NCBI RefSeq assembly: GCF_006345805.1 | Contig: NW_021827060.1 | Span: 1 to 11,015, forward strand | Source: Octopus sinensis | Taxonomy: Eukaryota | DNA: 11,015 bases | Reading direction: 5' to 3' | Shown: one piece after another, positions 1 through 7,936 of the stretch | How the letters are laid out: the number at the start of each line of letters is the position of its first letter | Numbering within the stretch: position 1 is the stretch's first letter | Notes under the pieces: generated by a model | What the model was told of the DNA's origin: nothing | What the model saw: the letters and a program-made list of their open reading frames with translations, nothing else | Databases searched by the model: none | Position numbers and translations under genes: made by a program

Positions 1-415
1 AAAAGACAACCATGCAGTATCAAAATATCAATCTATGTAATTATTCAAACAAAACCATCATAAATCATGAACCTTTATGAAAATGAAGGATAAGTCAGAA
101 CAGAGAATAAACATTTAGTGTTTATATGTTATTTATGATAAGTAAGAATAAACAACGCAGCATTCGATCGGACAGATAATTGTATGAAATTAATGAAATA
201 ATGTAGAGATACAAGTTACCAGATGTCATCATTGAAAATTCGAAAGAAACATTTTGACTCAGACTGATACGTTTTTAACATCAGTTGAAGTCAAGGACTT
301 ATACAAAATACAAGGGAGTGTATTGAAGTTATCGTACAAAGATTTAATAAATTTCTTTATTTATGAAACCTTCCTTCGTTAACAGAGAGGGAGAACGGAA
401 ACGTCTTGCTGCAAT

Positions 416-794
416 TACTCTTTACTCTTTTACTTGTTTCAGTCATTTGACTGCAGCCATGCTGGAGCACCGGCTTTAGTCGAGCAAATCGACCCTGGGA
501 CTTATAAGTCCAGTACTTATTCTATCGGTCTCTTTTGCCGAACCGCTAAGTTACGGGGACGTAAACACACCAGCATCGGTTGTCAAGCAATGCTAGGGGG
601 ACAAACACAGACACACAAACACATACACACACACTTATATATATATATAAACATATATACGACAGGCTTCTTTCAGTTTCCGTCTACCAAATCCATTCAC
701 AAGGCATTGGTCGGCCCGGGGCTATAGCAGAAGACACTTGCCCAAGATGCCACGCAGTGGGACTGAACCCGGAACCATGTGGTTGATTAGCAAG
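416..794 (-). mobile_element. tRNA-derived SINE, family A copy 1 (head slightly 5'-truncated)
   Basis: Colinear with 1024-1235, 5516-5919 and 10068-10470. Minus-strand B-box-like GGTTCAGTCCC followed by CCTTGGGCAAGTGTC (here CATCTTGGGCAAGTGTC), internal CA/TA microsatellite, (GAGTAAA)-like tail. Octopus assignment is from memory. Confidence 0.88.
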
Positions 795-864
795 GTGAGA
801 AGAGGCAATAGTTTTATGAAATTAAAAGATAGCTTATACTGGAGTGAGCATGATTAGGTATAAT

Positions 865-919
865 CATACATACATACATACATACATACATACATACATA
901 CATACATACATACATACAT
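865..919. repeat. (CATA)n microsatellite
   Basis: Perfect tetranucleotide run read directly. Confidence 0.97.
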
Positions 920-1023
920 GTATAAACGCTTGATCGTGACTTCACAGCTTCAGCTTGCTTCCGAGTAAGCCGAACCTCCGAAAGCCTTGTCAACCTTCGT
1001 CTTGCAAAAAATTTAGAAATATG

Positions 1024-1235
1024 TACTCTTTTACTCTTTTACTTGTTTCAGTCATTTGACTGCGGCCATGCTGGAGCACTGCCTTTAATCGAGCAACTCG
1101 ACTCCGGGACTTATTCTTTTGTAAGCCCAGTACTTATTCTATCGGTCTCTTTTGCCGAACCGGTAAGTAACGGGGACATAAACACACCAGCATCGGTTGT
1201 CAAGCAGTGCTAGGGGGACAAACACAGACACACAC
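1024..1235 (-). mobile_element. SINE family A copy 2, 3' half only
   Basis: Matches family A from the tail (TACTCTTTTACTCTTTTACTTGTTTCAGTCATTTGACTGCGG) to GGGGGACAAACACAGACAC, then runs into a CA-rich array. The tRNA-like head is absent. Confidence 0.88.
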
Positions 1236-1634
1236 ACACACACACACACACGTACGCACACGCATTCACATACACACACACACGTACAAATCGACACACA
1301 CACTCACACGCAGGTAAACGTACGCACATGGAATCACACACACACATGCGTAGAATTATACACGTACACACACATGTATGTACACACATTCACACATATA
1401 CACACTCGTACAAACGTACACACGTTCACACATACTCACTCGCACGCTCACGTACGCATACGGATTCACACACGTACAAGGGTGCACACACACACACACT
1501 CCTCGCACACATACGCACACGCATTCACAAACACACACACACACTACTAAAATACACACACACACTCAGACGCACGCACACATGTTCACACACACACGTA
1601 CCAATATATACAATCACAGACATGTACGCACACG
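1224..1634. repeat. Degenerate CA-rich array with recurring CACGTAC/CACGCA/ATTCACA variants
   Basis: About 410 bp of interrupted (CA)n. It explains the His/Thr- and Val/Cys-rich ORFs in the track. Confidence 0.92.
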
Positions 1635-1959
1635 GATTTGATTAGCCTAGAGCATATTCTAAGAACAGCTGATTTTAATTTAAGCAAGCTGTTCTGTAGA
1701 TGCTGGTTCAAATTGCAATCACAGCAAAAATGGCTGCACGCATCTAGATTTAGTTTACAAATAAGATTCACTTCACTCCAACTTCTCCAGCTTGTCTGCG
1801 AAGCATCCAGTTGCATAGAAAGGGAAAGAGCGCTTCAGTATTGTTCAAAGCTTTGTGGTTCAAGGTCCCCGTGATGCTCTGAACACAAAACCAAACTCAT
1901 GCGTAAAATTGTGTCCAACAATGCTTGTGAAGGAGACACCAGTGGATGAATATCCGTTT

Positions 1960-2140
1960 CCACAAGGCCCGAAATTTTGGGTGAGAGGACCAGTCGATTA
2001 GATCGACCCTAGTATGCAAATGGTGCTTAATTTATCGACCCCGAAGGATGAAAGCAAAGTCGACCTCGGCGGAATTTGAACTCAGAACCTAAAGACAGCG
2101 AAATACCTCTAAGCATTTCGCCTGGCGTGCTAACGTTTCT
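1960..2140 (-). mobile_element. tRNA-derived SINE, family B, downstream monomer of a head-to-tail dimer
   Basis: Colinear with 2141-2373, 6635-6846 and 6981-7198. B-box-like GTTCTGAGTTCAAATTCC and central GGTCGACTTTGC-TTTCATCCTTCGGGGTCGATAAATTAAG. First ~16 nt of the head are missing. Confidence 0.88.
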
Positions 2141-2373
2141 TATTTCTTTATTGCCGACAAGGGGCTAAACATAGAGGGGACAAACAGGGACAGACAAAGG
2201 AATTAAGTCGATTACATCGACTCCAGTGCGTACCTGGTTCTTAATTTATCGACCCCGAAAGGATGAAAGGCAAAGTTAACCTCGGCCGAATTTGAACTCA
2301 GAACATAAAGACAGGCGAAATACCTCTAAGCATTTCGCCCGGCGTGCTAACATTTCTGCCAGCTTGCCGCCTT
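2141..2373 (-). mobile_element. SINE family B, full-length upstream monomer with a LINE-like 3' tail
   Basis: Head AAGGCGGCAAGCTGGCAGAAATGTTAGC and B-box-like GAGTTCAAATTC. Central domain recalls the Meta-type SINE domain (from memory). Tail ends AATAAAGAAATA. Confidence 0.9.
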
Positions 2374-2630
2374 ACAAGTAGATGAGTATTGCTATCCATA
2401 TTACAGAAGGATACTGGGGGACGGACGTTTCCAATTACTGGTTTCACAGAAGGAATTGACAAAACAGGGATTGTTCCCTATCGCCGATTTTTAATATGCA
2501 TGTCACATTTGAGTGGTGAGATCCAGTAAAATACATCCAATATGTCTAAATATATCATCATCAAGAAATCAAATGTTGCAGATTTTCCAGACCCAGCAAG
2601 GTTGCGTCGATGAATATACCCAGTTTTCTC

Positions 2631-2807
2631 ATACGTACATGCATACATACAAGCATGCATATATATATATATATACATATATATACATATGCAAATATAT
2701 TTATACATACGTGCATATATATGTGCGTGCGTGTCACTGTGTGCGTGTGTGCTTGTGTGTGTGTATGTCTGTGTGTGTGTGTGTGTATGTGTGTGTGTGT
2801 GTGTGTG

Positions 2808-2842
<35 letters not shown>
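2631..2842. repeat. Compound (TA)/(TACA)-rich then (TG)n microsatellite
   Basis: Read directly; near-pure (TG)n from about 2750 to 2842. Confidence 0.95.
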
Positions 2843-2843
<1 letters not shown>

Positions 2844-3135
2844 CAGACCATACCTTTCTAATGCTGGGCTCAAATCTCATTTGCGAACCCATGGAAAACG
2901 AACCTCCACCAACTATTCTGCCTACATGTCTGTGCACACCCTTCAATGCAATGTATGCCACAAGGTCTGTAAACCTAATGGAGTTCTCAAAAGACATTTT
3001 AAGATCCACAAACATCAGAATTTAACTGAAGCTCTTGCTGGTCCAAATCGGATATGCAATCTATGTGGCTGTCTTTCCAAAACATTGTCTTGTATAAAAA
3101 GGCACATCAGATGCCATTATGGTTCTAAGGTGTAG
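2839..3135 (+). pseudogene. Open frame encoding three C2H2 zinc fingers, probably the C-terminus of a non-LTR retrotransposon ORF2 (RTE-like)
   Basis: Finger 1 lacks its first Cys: C-DRPYLSNAGLKS-HLRTH (2839-2892). Fingers 2 (2947-3009) and 3 (3055-3117) fit C-x2-C-x12-H-x3-H. Linkers are 18 and 15 aa, not TGEKP. Stop TAG at 3133-3135. Confidence 0.72.
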
Positions 3136-3198
3136 GTACAGGAGGTGGTCAAACTCTGCATAAGGAGTACACAACCACCATATATATGAATATATATA
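2839..3198 (+). mobile_element. 5'-truncated LINE 3' fragment (RTE-like): zinc-finger tail, short 3' UTR, (TA)n tail
   Basis: Stop codon is followed by about 45 nt and then TATATATGAATATATATA. A short UTR with a simple-repeat tail and a terminal CxxC...SxxGLxSHxRxH finger fits RTE-clade elements. Clade is inferred, not aligned. Confidence 0.55.
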
Positions 3199-3203
3199 GA
3201 AAA

Positions 3204-3525
3204 GGTCTCTCTTCGGTCATGAATCACCATGAGTTTGCACCTTGAATGTTCCCCTACGCGGCACAAGTCCGGGCAAAATTGTTTTATAGAAGACCAGCAG
3301 TTTCCCATGCACACCCACATCCCCTCTCCATAGCAAAGGGAATGGCAAAGGCTGATACAGCTTGGCACCAGCGATGACGAAGCTCATTTCTACAGCTGAG
3401 TGAGCTGGAGCAACGTTAAATAACGTGTCTTGCTCAAGAACACAACAGACTTCCCAGTCAGGGAATCGAACTCACTACCTCATGATTGTGAGCCCGACGC
3501 TCTAACCACTGAGCCGTGTGTCTTC
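3204..3525 (-). mobile_element. tRNA-derived SINE, family C copy 1 (CORE-like centre)
   Basis: Colinear with 7510-7828. Minus-strand A box CGGCTCAGTGG, B box GAGTTCGATTCCC, then CTTGAGCAAGACAC...CTCAGCTGTAGAAATGAG resembling the CORE domain. Confidence 0.88.
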
Positions 3526-3527
3526 GT

Positions 3528-3532
3528 ACACA

Positions 3533-3566
<34 letters not shown>

Positions 3567-3613
3567 ATATATATGTACACGGGTATACATATTAGTTAGA
3601 TAGGTAGATTGGC

Positions 3614-3658
<45 letters not shown>

Positions 3659-3679
3659 GGCAGGCAGGCAGGCAGATAG

Positions 3680-3711
<32 letters not shown>

Positions 3712-3753
3712 GGATGGATGGATGGATGGATGGATGGATGGATGGATGGATGA

Positions 3754-3824
<71 letters not shown>
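3528..3824. repeat. (CA)n followed by compound (GACA)n-(GGCA)n-(GATA)n-(GATG)n-(GATA)n
   Basis: Read directly. Confidence 0.96.
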
Positions 3825-4018
3825 TACGAATCAATAAGGCAAGGCGACACGCGTCTACGTTCCCGGAGAGAGAGTACCTGGCAAAATATATAGAAATACT
3901 GACGCAGTGGTAAGTCGAAATTTCAATAGAAACCAGCGTGGCCTTGTCTCATAAGGTATTACATGGCATTGTTTACGCAGATAGCTTTAAGTATTCATTA
4001 CAGCACACTAGGTGACAT

Positions 4019-4024
4019 AGTATA

Positions 4025-4088
<64 letters not shown>

Positions 4089-4292
4089 CATATATGTATG
4101 TGTGTGTGGCTCGAGAAGGAAACATTTATATAATATATACATATATATGAGTGTGTGTAAAATACACACACACACATATATATATATGTAATGTATATAT
4201 GTATACGTATATATGAGTGTGTGTGTGTGTGTGTTTGTGTGTATATATATATATATATATATATAGATAGATAGATAGATAGATAGATAGAC

Positions 4293-4372
<80 letters not shown>

Positions 4373-4381
4373 TAGATAGAT
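4019..4381. repeat. Compound (TA)n / (TG)/(CA) / (GATA)n microsatellite block
   Basis: (TA)n at about 4020-4084, mixed dinucleotides to about 4262, (GATA)n to 4381. Confidence 0.95.
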
Positions 4382-4880
4382 GTTTTACGTGCATGCATTT
4401 CTAAATTAGAGATAGGTTTTAATTGGATTAGATAGAAAGATATTTGCGAACGTAATTTTATACTTTCTTTTAATGACTGCGGCACCTGTGCACGGACGCA
4501 CACACACACACACAACATCATTAACAACACACATACCCAAACACCCACCAAAATGCGCGCATGCAATGAAGCAGTCACGCGCACACAAGAGCTTGACTAA
4601 AACAATCACCAACCACACCCTCAGAACATCACCCAAAGATGAAGGTAGAAAAATTGATCAATCCGAAACAATGCAAATCTATGTCTCATGCAAGCATGAC
4701 TTCCCCCGAAGGTATTGCAGCTGTAAACTGCAACCTGGTCGCTAATATTTGTACGACATCATTCCACAATTTGCATAAGAGGAAATACACGTTTATATAT
4801 TGATATTATACTATGAATGTCACATATGTCACAGACAATCATTATTTTTCTGTGTGTATCTATGCACGTGTATTTATATA

Positions 4881-5280
4881 CTAGCATTATAGCCCGGCGT
4901 TGCTCGGGCTTGTTTTATCTTCGACCCTTTAGAAGTGAAATTTTTGAAGAAAAGTAAAATTTTGCATTATGTAGCTTGTTATTCTCTTTAATTGAACATT
5001 TTTCTGGTTGAAATACACCGAAAAATGAAGACACAGCAGTCAAAAAATCGTAAAAAGTGGGGATTTTCATAGAAAAAAAGCACCTTTTTGATGTAAATAA
5101 TTTTTGGTGTTAACATGGTCCGATTTGAAGTTATTCTTCCACGGAAAGAGGAGCAAGCCTTCTTCTATCATACTCTCAATTTTGGTCAACTTGCGCCGCA
5201 GGGTCTCGGAGGAGATAGTGTTAGTTGAAAGCTACCAAATCTGCCACGCACAGACAACTTCAGCTTTATATAAAGAGAGA
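4881..5280 (-). mobile_element. Non-autonomous Helitron, 400 bp, both termini intact
   Basis: Minus strand reads A|TCTCTCTTTATATAAAGC...AGCCCGAGCAACGCCGGGCT-ATAATG-CTAG|T. That gives a 5' TC, a 3' CTAG, a GC-rich hairpin (4891-4910) 10 nt from the end, insertion between A and T, and no TSD. Confidence 0.85.
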
Positions 5281-5515
5281 TTTGTGTCTTTCTCTCTTTA
5301 ACTTCTTCTCTCTCACTCTCTTTGTGGTTTTATATTTTAAGAATATATATAGAGATATTTATAAAACTCTTGACCTCGAGATATTTTGCAACATATTGCC
5401 CATTAAAGAGTAATAAGTAAAAAAAATAGTATATATTCTCATCTATTGGGTTCTGTTTCTTTTGCTTTTCTCTGCCAAGTCATACATGGATGTAAATATG
5501 CGTATATTTTTATAT

Positions 5516-5919
5516 TACTCTTTTACCCTTTTACTTGTTTCAGTCATTTTACTGCGGCCATTCTGGAGCATCGCCTTTAGTCGAGCAAATCGATCCCAGA
5601 ACTTATTCTTTGTAAGCTTAGTCTATCGGTGTCTTCTGACGAACCGCTAAGTTACGGGGACGTAAACACACTAGCATCGGTTGTCAAGTGATGTTGGGGG
5701 TGGCAGACATAGACACACTAACACGCAAACGCACACACACATATATATCTATAATCATATATAGGACGGGTTTCTTTCAGTTTCCGTCTACCAAATCCAC
5801 TCACATGGCTTTGGTCGGCTCGAGGCTATAGTAGAAGACACTTGCCCAAGGTGCCACACAGTGGGACCGAACCCGGAACCATGTGGTTGGTGAGCAGGCT
5901 ACTTAGCACACAGCCACTC
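5516..5919 (-). mobile_element. SINE family A copy 3, near full length
   Basis: Minus-strand head GAGTGGCTGTGTGCTAAGTAG (A-box-like) and GGTTCGGTCCC (B-box-like); colinear with the other A copies. Confidence 0.9.
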
Positions 5920-5926
5920 TTATTTT

Positions 5927-5959
5927 CACGTGTGTGTGCGCACGCGCGCGCGCGTGTGT
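5927..5959. repeat. 33-nt alternating pyrimidine-purine tract with (CG)6
   Basis: CACGTGTGTGTGCGCACGCGCGCGCGCGTGTGT read directly. Confidence 0.85.
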
Positions 5960-6244
5960 CTGTGCGTCGTATTTACATGCAGAAAGCTTATTTAATGGTA
6001 CGAGACATCATTAGGAGGGCAGTTTTATCCGTTTGGCTACAAGTCTCTGATTTCGCTCATTTATCCGTTACTGAGAGTCTTATATTCAGCCTCAGTGACA
6101 CATATATACGCAATTACTTACGCAGTTAAAGCAAAAGTCAGGTTTATATATCGTGTTTATGAGCACACCAAGGTCTTTGTTTCGTTTCATATCTAATAAG
6201 CACAGATGTTACACGGTTCCGATATGTTTCTGTTCGTCATATCT

Positions 6245-6246
<2 letters not shown>

Positions 6247-6293
<47 letters not shown>

Positions 6294-6303
6294 TTTTTTT
6301 TTT
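6247..6303. repeat. (ATT)n followed by T10
   Basis: Read directly. Confidence 0.95.
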
Positions 6304-6500
6304 CTTCTTTCAAATTTGCTTCCATTTCTTGCCGAGTGTCTTCCCGACTCCTAGGGCAAAGAAACTCATAGTATATATTGGTAGGCCATTAAACCAAACT
6401 CAGTAGTTCGTTCATTTTTTTTTTTTTTTTTTAAGTTAAATTAAAATACATGAGCAGCAACAGTTCTCACATCGACAATGCTCTTCTCAATACGTGTGAT

Positions 6501-6501
<1 letters not shown>

Positions 6502-6570
<69 letters not shown>

Positions 6571-6633
6571 CATTATTATTATTACTTTTATTATTTTTAG
6601 TAGTAGTAGTAGTAGTGTTATTATTATTATTAT
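6502..6633. repeat. (TAT)n with a (TAG)n interruption
   Basis: Read directly; source of the poly-Leu/Val ORF. Confidence 0.95.
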
Positions 6634-6634
6634 C

Positions 6635-6845
6635 AAGGCGGCGAGCTGGCAGAATTGTTGGCGCGCTGGAACAAATTCTTAGTGGTATTTCGTCTGTCGC
6701 TACGTTCTGAGTTCAAATTCTGCCGGGGTCGACTTTGCGTTTCATCCTTTCGGGGTCCATTAAATAAGTATCAGTTACGCACTGGGGTTGATGTAGTCGA
6801 GTTAATCCTTCCCCCCAAATAGGAGGCCTTGTGCTTCCAGTAAAA

Positions 6846-6846
<1 letters not shown>
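6635..6846 (+). mobile_element. SINE family B copy 3
   Basis: AAGGCGGCGAGCTGGCAGAATTGTTGG head, GTTCTGAGTTCAAATTC, central CATCCTTTCGGGGTC; runs into (ATT)n. Confidence 0.88.
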
Positions 6847-6897
<51 letters not shown>

Positions 6898-6916
6898 TAT
6901 TATTATTATTATCATC

Positions 6917-6980
<64 letters not shown>
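6847..6980. repeat. (ATT)n between two family B SINEs
   Basis: Read directly. Confidence 0.95.
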
Positions 6981-6981
<1 letters not shown>

Positions 6982-7198
6982 AGCGACGAGCTGGCAGAAT
7001 CGTTAACGCGCTGCACGAACTGCTTAGCGGTATTTCTCCCGTCGCGACATTCTGAGTTCAAATTTCGCCGAGGTCAATTTACCTTTCATCATTTCGGGGG
7101 TCGATAAAATAAGTACCAGTTGAACATTGGGGTCGATGTAATGGGCTCATCCTCCTCCTCAAAACTGCTACCCTTGTGGCAAAATTTGGAACCGTTAT
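6981..7198 (+). mobile_element. SINE family B copy 4, followed by a short (GAT)n tail
   Basis: AAGCGACGAGCTGGCAGAATCGTT head, TTCTGAGTTCAAATT, TTTCGGGGTCGATAAAATAAGTACCAG; colinear with copy 3. Confidence 0.88.
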
Positions 7199-7509
7199 TG
7201 ATGATGATGATGCTGTTGTTTTTGCTGTTATATATTTCTACTTGGTCAATTAAAAACATCAATCGTTTAAAATCCTATGGCAAATATCGATTTGTTTATG
7301 TATTCAATTGCTTTTTATCGCGTTGTCGGTCAAACAGAAAGGCTTGAATTTTCACTCATACATATATTCACCTACTTTTACCAACAGTACTTCAGCTATA
7401 TGTGCATATATTGAATAGACATGATTTCTTAGCGCATATGCGGTTTTCTCAAGTACACATACATACACACACGCATATCTTTCTATGTGTGTATGTGTGT
7501 ATATGCTGA

Positions 7510-7828
7510 GACCCCCTTCGGTTATGACTGACCATAGGATTGCACCTAAAAAGTTACCCTCCCAGGCACAAGTCCGAGCAAGATTGTTTATGGAAGACCA
7601 GTAGTTGCCCATACATACCGGCCCCGCCTCTCCACGCCACCAGTATTATCCAAGGGAAAAGCAAAGGCCGATACAGCTTGGCACTCATTCCTACAGCTGA
7701 GTGAACTGGAGCAACATGAAATAAAGTGTCTTACTCAAGAACCCAACAAGCAGCTCGGTCCGGGATTCGAACCCACAACCTCACGATCGTTAGCTCGATG
7801 CTCTAACCACTAAGCCATGCGCCTTCAC
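7510..7828 (-). mobile_element. SINE family C copy 2
   Basis: Minus-strand GTGAAGGCGCATGGCTTAGTGGTTAGAGC (A box) and GGGTTCGAATCCC (B box); colinear with 3204-3525 apart from a short internal deletion. Confidence 0.9.
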
Positions 7829-7837
7829 GCATATGTA

Positions 7838-7847
7838 CGTGTGTGTG

Positions 7848-7880
<33 letters not shown>

Positions 7881-7936
7881 ATGTATATATATATATGTGT
7901 GTGTGTGTTATATATATATATATATATAATATATAT
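7838..7936. repeat. Alternating (TG)n/(TA)n blocks
   Basis: Read directly. Confidence 0.93.

Noticed and set aside
57-68. Single Pbx-Hox-like site (TGATTTATGA on the minus strand)
   Set aside because: An isolated AT-rich motif, expected by chance in this composition.
434-786. 97-aa and 68-aa ORFs, and similar ones at 5462-5650, 5842-6129 and 10037-10359
   Set aside because: They lie in or start within family A SINE copies, and the frames are not conserved between copies.
1197-1645. His/Thr-rich and Val/Cys-rich ORFs in the track
   Set aside because: They are translations of the CA-rich array, open in several frames because the repeat lacks stop codons.
2580-2603. Walker A-like NLAGSGKS on the minus strand
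   Set aside because: The first Gly of GxxxxGKS is missing, there is no preceding hydrophobic strand, and the ORF begins in a microsatellite. Probably chance.
6450-7055. Poly-Leu/Ile ORFs resembling transmembrane proteins
   Set aside because: They are translations of (TAT/ATT)n fused to SINE heads.
7750-7828. tRNA-like sequence with good A and B boxes (also 3455-3525)
   Set aside because: No pairing acceptor stem, and it continues directly into the SINE body. These are SINE heads, not tRNA genes.
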